Shown: piece by piece, positions 8,866 through 17,925 of the stretch
Numbering within the stretch: the stretch's first letter is position 1
How the letters are laid out: every line of letters starts with the position of its first letter
Assembly: GCA_963674785.1 (NCBI GenBank)
Contig: OY771555.1
Span: forward strand, 2,112,001-2,176,000
DNA: 64,000 nucleotides
Direction of reading: 5' to 3'
Origin: Caldisericia bacterium
GTDB lineage: Bacteria > Caldisericota > Caldisericia > JAAYUI01
Translations under genes and position numbers: made by a program
Notes under the pieces: model-generated
Database searches by the model: none
What the model saw: the letters and a program-made list of their open reading frames with translations, nothing else
Told to the model about the DNA's origin: nothing

Positions 8866-11800
8866 CTATGCAACTACCATTGCTTTCCTTCTGATGATGA
8901 AGAATACACCAACACAAAGAAGTCCGATTACGAGAAGTATGAGTGCAGGAGTTGAAAGTGCTGGTACTTCAGGAGCTGGAGCAACTGAGGCCTTAAGCTG
9001 TCCACCTGAAACAAGGAAAGCATAAAGCTGTGGGATGTTTGTTGATGACTGTTCAACACGAGCACCTGAGATTGAAACAGTCCATCTTCCCTCTTTAATC
9101 ATGCTTGGAGGGACAACAACTCTCTCTACGTTGTTTCTTCTGTCAAACTCTGTTCCACCTGGATTTGCAGCTGAAACTCTTCCCCATGATTCATAAAGGT
9201 TTGTGTGCTCATCAACATGTGGATCAGATGTATAGATGTTTCCATGGTATTCTGTTCCACCTGGATCGATGACAATAAGGTCGAGGTCATTTGCAAGAGC
9301 AACCTGTGGATTTGGAAGTTTAGGCATGTCTGTATAAACAAGAGTTGCTTCAAATGGGACTGAACTGTCATTTACATCATAGTAGAAGTAATGTTTTTCA
9401 CCAGTTGTAATACCACTGTCATGGTCTTCGAATAGTGTGTATGTTGGTGGATCTGGGTAAAGGGATCTCTTAATATCGAGTCTTCCGAAGCCCTGTGAGT
9501 AACTTGGTTTTGCGGAAAGCCATTCCCATGCACCATAACCTGCACCTGGTGCCTGAGCATCATAATTTGTTTCTCCACCAAGGTTTCTTGCACCATGAAT
9601 CAATGTTGCTTTGATGAGAGCAGAGGATGGATTTGGATACATATAGAGTCCTCTGTTTTCATAGTACTGTCTTGTTACAGCAGCAGCACCAGCGACAAAA
9701 CCTGTTGCACATGATGTACCTTCCATAAGTGCATAATGTTTGTAAAGTTCGCCATTACTAACACCTGATGGATTTGATGTTGATGGATGTCTTCCTACAT
9801 ATGGTCCACCCTGTTCATTACTACCAACCTGTCTCTGACCATTGTACTGGTTACCTGTATATCGTCGACCATTTCTTGTTGGATCATAATAACCGATTTC
9901 GTTGAGTGTAAGATATGAAGCGCTAGACATAATCTGGGTTCCTGGAGCAACGATGTCTGGTTTGAATCTTCCGGCAGTTTCCCATTTTGTTGGGTCAGCA
10001 TCACTGTGTGAATAATCGAGGTCAGGTGTTGGGCCTCTTCCTGAGAAGGCAGCAACCTGTCCGTAACCATTTTCAATTCCACCTGGGAGGTTCACTACAT
10101 TTGGATTATATTCAAATTCGTTTGCTGCACCCTGTGGCATCCACCAATCACTTCTATTGATTGTGTTTCCATCAATATCTACATCATACGGTGAATCGGA
10201 ATCAGCTGTGTTGTCGTCAAAGAGTGGAGATAATGGGAACCATGGAAGTCCGTTAACTTCGCTATATGCGTTTCCATATGTCCATGGACCCCTGTCTGTG
10301 TAAACCTGTGGAAGTGGTCCTGCTGTTGGGTTTGTTGGCATCGAGGTTCGAATGACCTGAATGTTTCTGTATGATTCTGATGCACCAACAGTAATTGGGT
10401 TCTTTGCAGTTGCAGGTGAAAGACATGAAGTTCCAAAATCAGCCTTACCATCGGCGTTACCTGTTGGCCAAGAAGACTGCTCGGTTGTTGGCGGCTGAGT
10501 CAAGTTCTGATAATAATAGTTGAATTCAACGGGAAGGTTCTGGGAAGTATCGCCAATCGGTGGATAGTACACACCGACATTCGGAGTAAGCACTGGATAT
10601 GTGATTCCATTGTACCACTCATGTGTTGGAGGCGTGGTATAGCACCATGGGGAACTGTAGTACTGTCCACCACTATCTGTCCAGCCATATGAACCATCTG
10701 GAAGTCCAGAGTCTACATAGTTGTACCACTCATAGTCATAGATAAATGGGGCAGCGAACCTTGTGTTTGTTGTTCCTGCCTGAACAAGAAGCATATCTTT
10801 CTGTTCCCATGTGAATCTATCCATCTGAGTACAGAAAAAGTTGTATTCGTTTGCATTATAAACAGCTGAGTCGTAAGAGATTTCTCTGTCACCTGGTGAA
10901 TTTGGATACCCATAAGAATTTGACATTCCTCTGTGAGGAACAACCCACGCATTGACCTGGATTCTTGCACCAACAATATAAGCATCGTTGACGATCGAGA
11001 ACATGGAATCTGGGGCTCTAAGATAATAAGTTGTAGGGTTAATATTCTGATAAAGACCAAGATAGGTTGGTCTTCCAGCATAATGCCAGAAGTAATATGT
11101 TCTGTTTCCGGCCTGACCTGAACCAGAATCGTATGCTCTTGTGAAGTTGTTGTTTGTGACTCTCTGTACAACGAGACCAGCCCTGTAAGCAACACCTCTA
11201 TAATCCCACTGACCTGTTGGATGTGGAGCGGTCTGGTATGGGTCTTCAAGGTTTGGAGGCATATGTGGAATACCTGGGACACCATCACCGGCAACAGGGT
11301 TTGCAATTGTTGGATCTACATATGGCTGACGTCCATCTGCTGACCAATCATCATCTGGTGTGTGACCAATTGACCAGAAACCATCACCAAATCCTGAACC
11401 AGTAACATGTGTCTCGTGTCCATCCCAGTCCATCCAAGGATAACCACGTGATCCAATAAGACCACTTGTTCTTGTTTCTGAGTAATAAGAGCTGATTGTA
11501 ACCCAATGAGCTCTCTGGACTCTGGTACCACTACCATTTGTTGGATTCCAACGCCATCTGGAATCACCACTAGTATTGTAGTATGAGGATGTCGGACGAA
11601 CATATGCAATATGGTCAACAACTCTACCTGCAAAGTCACCTACGGGGTTTGTGGAATACTGAGTTGAAATATAATATGAGCTGCCAACATCACCAGTATC
11701 AAGACCAGTACCAACGATTGCAACAATCTGTCTGTAGTGATCATAGTTGTTTCTGTCTGAGACAGTTGGGAGATAACATCTTGTTGGAAGGAATGATTCA

Positions 11801-13014
11801 CCATGAAGACCAAAATGGTCAAGTCTATCGTGTGGAAGTGCGTCTGTTGGGTTGGTTACGATTCCTGTTGACTCGTTTGCTGCCCAAGCTGCATATGAAC
11901 CGATCTGCCAGTTTGCAAGATCGTTCTGTGCCTCTGGTGCGCTGAACATATCGATATCGATTACCCATGGAAGCTCAGCAATTCGTGCAATTGCATTCAT
12001 CGGGCAAACAACTCTTACAAATGCGGCTTCATATGGACCTTCGTCCTTCTCAGATGCTCCGAGTGGACTTGTTGACCCAATTGTTCCAAACTTAATTACC
12101 TTGGCCTGATCCCTTATTCTTGCACCGGAATCATCCACTGGTGAATTATAATATTCTTCAAGAGATTTTCTCTCTTCGTTCCAAATCTTGAAGAGTTCCT
12201 GGTATTCTTCATCAGACATTCCCTCGGGTTTTGTTGGACCTAAATCGTTATCAAACTTCTCAATCTTTGTCTGAAGGAAAGTTTTGCAACCTAAATTTTT
12301 AAGCTCTCCAGAGATTGTCTCAAGCTCACTGTATGGAAGGTTACCTGCAATCGTGATGTTCACAGACTGCATGTGGCTATCGCTTTCATCAGTTGGCCAA
12401 AGATTAGTCTTGTAAAGAGGGGCATAATCACCGGTTGCTCTTACGAAATCAAGGTTTCTGAGTTCTGCATATTTATCCTGATCAATTCGGACAAGATATG
12501 TCTGTTCGAATATTGGGTATGAATCCATGATGTATCCACCCATATTCGTGATCTTGTCAATCCATGCTCTTTTGAGTGGACCAACAAAATCGACAAGATA
12601 GTATGCAAAATCGTAACCTGAGTAATCTGCAGTTGCATACTTGCTGTACCAGCCATCAACTTTGTCGACCATCTTCAACTCTTTGTTTTCGATTCTCATC
12701 TCAACGCCGTTGATGTTGCGATAGTCAGCACTACCAATAACAATATACTCAATATTCTTATCAGTAAGTACTTCCATCTGGCTTTCTGTTGCTTCAGTAA
12801 GAATAGAACCTGATGCATAATGAGTAAGATCTGGGAGCTTCATGCTCTCAAATGTGTTTCTTTCACTTGGGGTTGTAACGTAAACGAGGAGTTCATAAAG
12901 TGGACCATCGTTTGCAACAACATCGTTTGTAACAACACCCATACCTAGTCCTGCCACCATTGGGAGAACCATTACTACGGCAAGCAATACGGATAAAAGC
13001 TTAACCTTTCTCAT
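8866..13014 (-). CDS. Large secreted S8 (KP-43-like) subtilase homolog with C-terminal IPTL-CTERM-like sorting signal
   Basis: Signal peptide; GHETHVTGS, SPATAKNPITVGA, FSGRGP, KPDIVAPG, GTSCAT, QGFGR and NDLDL...NNVE motifs; tail VPALSTPALILL-TM-RRK. Start taken at ATG 13014. Confidence 0.88.
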   Translation of the reverse strand: MRKVKLLSVLLAVVMVLPMVAGLGMGVVTNDVVANDGPLYELLVYVTTPSERNTFESMKLPDLTHYASGSILTEATESQMEVLTDKNIEYIVIGSADYRNINGVEMRIENKELKMVDKVDGWYSKYATADYSGYDFAYYLVDFVGPLKRAWIDKITNMGGYIMDSYPIFEQTYLVRIDQDKYAELRNLDFVRATGDYAPLYKTNLWPTDESDSHMQSVNITIAGNLPYSELETISGELKNLGCKTFLQTKIEKFDNDLGPTKPEGMSDEEYQELFKIWNEERKSLEEYYNSPVDDSGARIRDQAKVIKFGTIGSTSPLGASEKDEGPYEAAFVRVVCPMNAIARIAELPWVIDIDMFSAPEAQNDLANWQIGSYAAWAANESTGIVTNPTDALPHDRLDHFGLHGESFLPTRCYLPTVSDRNNYDHYRQIVAIVGTGLDTGDVGSSYYISTQYSTNPVGDFAGRVVDHIAYVRPTSSYYNTSGDSRWRWNPTNGSGTRVQRAHWVTISSYYSETRTSGLIGSRGYPWMDWDGHETHVTGSGFGDGFWSIGHTPDDDWSADGRQPYVDPTIANPVAGDGVPGIPHMPPNLEDPYQTAPHPTGQWDYRGVAYRAGLVVQRVTNNNFTRAYDSGSGQAGNRTYYFWHYAGRPTYLGLYQNINPTTYYLRAPDSMFSIVNDAYIVGARIQVNAWVVPHRGMSNSYGYPNSPGDREISYDSAVYNANEYNFFCTQMDRFTWEQKDMLLVQAGTTNTRFAAPFIYDYEWYNYVDSGLPDGSYGWTDSGGQYYSSPWCYTTPPTHEWYNGITYPVLTPNVGVYYPPIGDTSQNLPVEFNYYYQNLTQPPTTEQSSWPTGNADGKADFGTSCLSPATAKNPITVGASESYRNIQVIRTSMPTNPTAGPLPQVYTDRGPWTYGNAYSEVNGLPWFPLSPLFDDNTADSDSPYDVDIDGNTINRSDWWMPQGAANEFEYNPNVVNLPGGIENGYGQVAAFSGRGPTPDLDYSHSDADPTKWETAGRFKPDIVAPGTQIMSSASYLTLNEIGYYDPTRNGRRYTGNQYNGQRQVGSNEQGGPYVGRHPSTSNPSGVSNGELYKHYALMEGTSCATGFVAGAAAVTRQYYENRGLYMYPNPSSALIKATLIHGARNLGGETNYDAQAPGAGYGAWEWLSAKPSYSQGFGRLDIKRSLYPDPPTYTLFEDHDSGITTGEKHYFYYDVNDSSVPFEATLVYTDMPKLPNPQVALANDLDLIVIDPGGTEYHGNIYTSDPHVDEHTNLYESWGRVSAANPGGTEFDRRNNVERVVVPPSMIKEGRWTVSISGARVEQSSTNIPQLYAFLVSGGQLKASVAPAPEVPALSTPALILLVIGLLCVGVFFIIRRKAMVVA

Positions 13015-13165
13015 CACCTTTTCCTTTCCAGGCAACAAAAGCTGTCACCATGTGAGGATTTTTTCAACGCACCGGCGAGTACACCGGGTCGGGCATAAAT
13101 TCCCTAAATAAATAAACTCAATCAGCACGTCTCTCAGATCCAGAATCTACTTCTGAAACGTTTGA

Positions 13166-13193
13166 ATTATAGCAAACGTGGAAGGGTTGTCAA
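13166..13193 (-). promoter_or_regulatory. Consensus sigma70 promoter (TTGACA-N16-TATAAT, extended TG) for the subtilase gene
   Basis: Minus strand reads TTGACAacccttccacgttTGcTATAAT, about 150 nt upstream of the start. Confidence 0.8.
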
Positions 13194-13329
13194 GAAGTTG
13201 TAAACAAGAAAATCGAACACTCACATTTTGATATACCATACACAAAAATACTTCAAAAGATAAAAAATGGGACTTTTTTTGAAATATGAGAAAACTTGGC
13301 ACAATAAGATTTTGGTTTCGAAAAAAAAG

Positions 13330-13404
13330 TGGCAGCCCCAAGGAGAATCGAACTCCTGCCTACACCTTGAAAGAGTGTCATCCTAACCGTTAGACCATGG
13401 GGCC
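13330..13404 (-). tRNA. tRNA-Glu (TTC), CCA encoded
   Basis: GGCCCCATGGTCTAACGGTTAGGATGACACT-CTTTCAA-GGTGTAGGCAGGAGTTCGATTCTCCTTGGGGCTGCCA. Confidence 0.95.
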
Positions 13405-13425
13405 ACACAAAATCAATTTTCAATA

Positions 13426-13498
13426 TGAGTCGTGCTGGACTCGAACCAGCGACCCTCTGCTTAAAAGGCAGATGCTCTACCACCTGAGCTAACGACCC
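13426..13498 (-). tRNA. tRNA-Lys (TTT), CCA not encoded
   Basis: GGGTCGTTAGCTCAGGTGGTAGAGCATCTGC-CTTTTAA-GCAGAGGGTCGCTGGTTCGAGTCCAGCACGACTCA. Confidence 0.95.
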
Positions 13499-13549
13499 AC
13501 GCTCGAGGCAATTATCATATAAAATCAGAATCATCTGTCAAGGAAATTC

Positions 13550-13577
13550 TTGACCATTTCGTTAATGTAATTAGACT
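13550..13577 (+). promoter_or_regulatory. Promoter of prfA operon (TTGACC-N16-TAGACT)
   Basis: The -10 ends 8 nt before the ATG; no SD. Confidence 0.55.
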
Positions 13578-13585
13578 GCCCTCAT

Positions 13586-14671
13586 ATGATTCGAAAAGCA
13601 GAGAAACTAATTAATAGATACAACGAACTTATTGAACTCTTGAGCAATCCTGATGTTATCAAGGATAACAATAAATTCCGAAAGCTCTCAAAGGAACAGT
13701 CAGAGCTTGCAGAAATTGTAAATGTCGCAAACAGGTACGAAGAGCTTGAGACAGAAATCGAAAACACAAAATCACTCCTTAGCACATCTGATCTGGAGAT
13801 GAAAGAATTGGCAGCTGCAGAATTAGAGGAGCTTGAAGCTGAACTTAAGAGGACTGACAATAAGCTTAACCGATTGCTAATTCCAAAAGACCCTCGGGAT
13901 GAAAAATCCGTAATCATGGAGATTAGATCAGCTGCCGGTGGCGAGGAGTCTGCACTTTTTGCGGCAGAACTTTTCAGAGCATACAAACAATTCGCCATAT
14001 CTAGGAATTGGGAAGTTGAAATAATCAACTCTCACGCAACAGATATTGGTGGTTTCAAAGAAATCATTTTTTCAATTGAAGGAAAAAATGTTTTTAGGTA
14101 TATGAAGTACGAATCGGGCGTTCACAGGGTGCAACGAGTACCAGAAACAGAATCTGGTGGAAGAATCCACACAAGTACCATAACTGTAGCGGTCATGCAG
14201 GAAGCCGAAGAGGTCGACCTACAGATAAAACCTGAAGATATAAGAATTGATGTTTATAGATCATCTGGTCACGGCGGACAGTGCGTTCAAACATGTGATT
14301 CCGCAGTAAGAATAACCCATTTACCAACAGGCATGATTGTGACTTGCCAGGATGAACGTTCGCAATTCCAAAACAAAGAACGTGCAATGAAAGTTCTTCG
14401 TTCAAGGCTTTACGAAATCGAACAAGCCAAGAAAGATAAAGAACATGCGGAAACAAGACGTGTTCAGGTTGGATCAGGAGACAGAGCTGAAAAAATCAGG
14501 ACGTACAACTACCCTCAAACAAGAATTTCAGACCATAGGATAAACTTAACTATATATAAACTCCCAGAAGTAATGCTTGGTAATCTTGATCTAGTCGTTC
14601 AGCCACTTATTCAAGCAGAAGAGCAGAAAAAACTTGATGAACTCGCAAAATCTGCATCAACTGGTAAATGA
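13586..14671 (+). CDS. prfA: Peptide chain release factor 1
   Basis: ESGVHRVQRVPETES (PxT) and GGQ motifs, RTYNYPQ; followed by prmC. Confidence 0.96.
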   Translation: MIRKAEKLINRYNELIELLSNPDVIKDNNKFRKLSKEQSELAEIVNVANRYEELETEIENTKSLLSTSDLEMKELAAAELEELEAELKRTDNKLNRLLIPKDPRDEKSVIMEIRSAAGGEESALFAAELFRAYKQFAISRNWEVEIINSHATDIGGFKEIIFSIEGKNVFRYMKYESGVHRVQRVPETESGGRIHTSTITVAVMQEAEEVDLQIKPEDIRIDVYRSSGHGGQCVQTCDSAVRITHLPTGMIVTCQDERSQFQNKERAMKVLRSRLYEIEQAKKDKEHAETRRVQVGSGDRAEKIRTYNYPQTRISDHRINLTIYKLPEVMLGNLDLVVQPLIQAEEQKKLDELAKSASTGK

Positions 14672-15473
14672 TTTAACCAAGATTCTCTCAAACAGACCCT
14701 CAGCCAGATGGGATGCTGAAGAAATCGTATGTGCTCATCTTCGACTATCTAGAGAAGAGATGATCTCTTCTCTGTCTGAAATCGTTGAAAGTGAAGTCAT
14801 TGAAAAATGTGTTGATGTAGCTGGCAGAATATCTGGTGGTTACCCACTTGAGTATGCTCTCGGCTACACATATTTCCTGGGGATAAAATTAAAAGTTACT
14901 CAAGACGTATTGATCCCTCGACCCGATACAGAGCTTCTGGTTATCGAAGCTGAAAAAATAGAGCTAACGTGTAAAACCAAAGTCCTTGATCTCTGCACAG
15001 GTTCTGGGTGTATCGCAATCTCCTTAAAGAAAAGAAATCCAAAAATATCAGTTACTGCAAGTGATATTTCAAAAAAAGCCTTAGAGATTGCAAGAGAAAA
15101 TTCAAACAAAAATAAAACTGAAATTCAGTTCATAAAGTCAAACATTTTTGATTCGATAGAAGAAAAATTTGACATAATTGTAAGTAATCCACCTTACATC
15201 ATGACTGATCTTATCACTAAACTCGAAAGAGAGATTTCTCACGAACCAATGCTGGCTCTGGACGGTGGAGCTGACGGAATGGGTATCTATCGTAGGATAG
15301 AAGAAAAACTCAAAAACCATTTGAGTGAAAATGGTTCACTTCTGCTTGAGATTGAAAGGCAAAATGAATATACTATTCCGATGTTAAAAGATATTTTCCA
15401 AGAATGGAGCTTTGAAATAATCAATGACCTTTCTGGAAGACCAAGAGTTGCCATAATAAGGAGAGCGAGGTAA
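14637..15473 (+). CDS. prmC: Release factor glutamine methyltransferase
   Basis: VLIPRPDTE, DLCTGSG, SNPPY and ALDGGADG motifs. Confidence 0.95.
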   Translation: MNSQNLHQLVNDLTKILSNRPSARWDAEEIVCAHLRLSREEMISSLSEIVESEVIEKCVDVAGRISGGYPLEYALGYTYFLGIKLKVTQDVLIPRPDTELLVIEAEKIELTCKTKVLDLCTGSGCIAISLKKRNPKISVTASDISKKALEIARENSNKNKTEIQFIKSNIFDSIEEKFDIIVSNPPYIMTDLITKLEREISHEPMLALDGGADGMGIYRRIEEKLKNHLSENGSLLLEIERQNEYTIPMLKDIFQEWSFEIINDLSGRPRVAIIRRAR

Positions 15474-16414
15474 TGGAAAAAAACGAGTTTGATATTTTGA
15501 TAATAGGTGGCGGTCCTGCTGGAATGGCCGCAGGAATATATAGCGGAAGATCACTTCTTAAAACGGCAATCATTGAAAAAGTTGGAACAGGTGGACAACT
15601 CAACATCACGGACAAGATAGCCAACTATCCAGGCTTCCCAGATGAGGTTGCAGGATACGAACTTGGTTCAAAAATGCTCACACAAGCAAGTAAATTTGGT
15701 GCCGAAATCATCTACGATGAGGTTAAGAGTATCTCAAAAAGTGGGGATTGGTACATCGTGCAATGCATCGCCGAAACATACAAAGCCAAATCCATCATCA
15801 TCGCAACTGGTGCATCATATAGACCCCTTGGAGTTCATGGAGAAGCAAGATTAAGAGGCAGGGGGGTTTCATATTGTGCCACATGTGACGGTGCATTTTT
15901 CAAGGATAAAGTTATAACAGTCATAGGCGGAGGGGATACTGCTCTTGAAGAGGCAGAGTATCTAACTCAATTTGGCTCTGAAGTATTTATTATTCACAGA
16001 AGACAGGAATTCCGTGCCGTTCCAAAAAACATTGAAAAAGCAATAAACAACCCAAAGATTACTTTTATTCTCGACACAGTAGTTGAGTCAATCGAAGGGG
16101 AAGATAAAGTCGAAAAAGTTATACTTAAAAATAAAGTAACAGGCGAAACAACTGAACATAAAACAGATGCTGTTTTTATATTTATCGGATACATTCCAAA
16201 CACCGACTTCCTCAAAGATTTCATTCAACTCGATGATAGTGGATACATAATCACAGACAGGACAATGGCAACAAATGAACCAGGAGTATTTGTCGCGGGA
16301 GATGTGTCAGTAAAAGAACACAGACAGGTTGTGACAGCAGTTTCAGACGGAGCCATTGCAGCAATGAACGCGTGGAAATACATCTCCGAACATAAAGGAA
16401 GTGGAAATGAATAA
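15473..16414 (+). CDS. trxB: Thioredoxin reductase
   Basis: GGGPAG, GVSYCATCDG and GGGDTA motifs. Confidence 0.95.
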   Translation: MEKNEFDILIIGGGPAGMAAGIYSGRSLLKTAIIEKVGTGGQLNITDKIANYPGFPDEVAGYELGSKMLTQASKFGAEIIYDEVKSISKSGDWYIVQCIAETYKAKSIIIATGASYRPLGVHGEARLRGRGVSYCATCDGAFFKDKVITVIGGGDTALEEAEYLTQFGSEVFIIHRRQEFRAVPKNIEKAINNPKITFILDTVVESIEGEDKVEKVILKNKVTGETTEHKTDAVFIFIGYIPNTDFLKDFIQLDDSGYIITDRTMATNEPGVFVAGDVSVKEHRQVVTAVSDGAIAAMNAWKYISEHKGSGNE

Positions 16415-17501
16415 CAATCTCAATGCAATTAGAGAAAAAATGTCTGAAAAGAATATTGATGCGCTATTTTTACAGACAAACGAACACAGACTATCAAGAA
16501 ATATATTCTATTTATCTGGTTTTTCAGGGGAAGATGGGTTTCTGATAATCACAAAAGACGAGGCCATCCTACTTGTTGACGGAAGATACCCCGAACAGGC
16601 TCGTGAGGAAGCAAAAGACGGAATCGAAGTACGACTTCACAAAAGACCAATGATTGAAAACATGACAAATATTCTGGGTGGTTTGACTATCAAAAATGTT
16701 GGCCTTGAAGAAGCAATCCTTTCCCATGCTTTCTACAAATCGTTCACCTCAGAGCTTTCAAATATTGAACCAATCAAAGCCGATGGAATCGTTGAGGAAC
16801 TCAGAATTATTAAATCAAACGAAGAAATCGAATATTTAAGAAATGCCTGCAAATGCTCCGACGATGCATTTAAAGCAACACTTGAACACATGAAGGTTGG
16901 AGCAACTGAACGAGACATCGCAACCGAACTTGAATACCAGATGAAACGAAGGGGAGCATCAAAGGCATCATTCCCAATAATCGTCGCCTCAGGTTTCAGA
17001 GGTGCAATGGCACACGGACTTGCATCCGATAAAAAGCTTGAAAATGGAGATTTCGTTGTGATTGATTTTGGTGCAACCGTTGATTTTTACAACTCCGACT
17101 GCACAAGAACTATCGTTGTTGGTGAACCAACCCAAAAACACAAAGAGATATATGATACAGTAAGAAACTCTCAGGAGAATGCGATGCATTTCTTCAAGCC
17201 TGGGGAGATGTGTAAAACTCCAGACCTGGTAGCAAGAGAAATAATTGAAAAAGCAGGATATGGAGAAAACTTTAACCATTCATTAGGTCACGGAATCGGT
17301 CTGGATGTTCACGAAGCTCCTGGAATTTCATACCTTTCACCAGATGAAAACATCTTAAAAACTGGAATGATAGCAAGTAACGAACCAGGAATCTATCTCG
17401 AAGGATGGGGCGGAGTAAGAATTGAAGATACAGTGGTTGTAAGAGAAAATGGTGGCGAACCACTCACACTTTTAACAAAAGATATGATCGTCGTTGAATA
17501 A
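16401..17501 (+). CDS. Xaa-Pro aminopeptidase (M24B)
   Basis: DFGA, SDCTRT, HSLGHGIGLDVHE, EPGIY and GVRIED motifs. Confidence 0.93.
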   Translation: MEMNNNLNAIREKMSEKNIDALFLQTNEHRLSRNIFYLSGFSGEDGFLIITKDEAILLVDGRYPEQAREEAKDGIEVRLHKRPMIENMTNILGGLTIKNVGLEEAILSHAFYKSFTSELSNIEPIKADGIVEELRIIKSNEEIEYLRNACKCSDDAFKATLEHMKVGATERDIATELEYQMKRRGASKASFPIIVASGFRGAMAHGLASDKKLENGDFVVIDFGATVDFYNSDCTRTIVVGEPTQKHKEIYDTVRNSQENAMHFFKPGEMCKTPDLVAREIIEKAGYGENFNHSLGHGIGLDVHEAPGISYLSPDENILKTGMIASNEPGIYLEGWGGVRIEDTVVVRENGGEPLTLLTKDMIVVE

Positions 17502-17520
17502 AAATTTTCCCATAAAAATG

Positions 17521-17556
17521 AAAAAGACCCCACAATACTGTGGGGTCTTTTTTTTG
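17521..17556. terminator. Bidirectional intrinsic terminator
   Basis: AAAAAGACCCCACA-loop-TGTGGGGTCTTTTTTT between convergent genes. Confidence 0.9.
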
Positions 17557-17572
17557 ATTATAGGGCGTCAGT

Positions 17573-17791
17573 TTACTTTTTGTAAACTGTAATAGCAATA
17601 TCTGGACAGATAAGCGCACATGAAGCACATGCAATACATGAATCTTCATCGGTACAGTTTACAGGATGATAACCCTTTGAATTAATCTTGTCTGATAATG
17701 CCAAAATATTTTTTGGACAAACCTCGACACAGAGTCCGCAGGCTTTGCATCTTTCGTCGTTAACTTTAATCATTCCTTGTGCTATAGGCAT
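17573..17791 (-). CDS. 2x[4Fe-4S] ferredoxin (2-oxoacid:ferredoxin oxidoreductase delta-like)
   Basis: CKACGLCVEVCP and CIACASCALICP motifs; NSKGYHP; SD AAGGGGTG before ATG 17791. Confidence 0.9.
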   Translation of the reverse strand: MPIAQGMIKVNDERCKACGLCVEVCPKNILALSDKINSKGYHPVNCTDEDSCIACASCALICPDIAITVYKK

Positions 17792-17925
17792 GTTCACCCC
17801 TTTCCACTTCCAGATGTTAACGATTAGATTTATAAGTTTCAAGGCTACCCACAGAAAATTTAATACTTACTTTGACAAAGAGGCAAATGACAATAGAATG
17901 TATAAATAATTATTAGGAGGCTGTT

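Noticed and set aside
9126-12659. Many same-strand alternative-frame ORFs inside the subtilase gene
   Set aside because: They have no SDs or motifs and are explained by biased codon usage of the main ORF.
13330-13498. tRNAs as possible integration sites for the subtilase cassette
   Set aside because: No integrase and no duplicated tRNA 3' end were found in the window; the same applies to tRNA-Ala at 49124.
13253-13534. 93-aa ORF
   Set aside because: It is a translation of the tRNA-Lys and tRNA-Glu genes.
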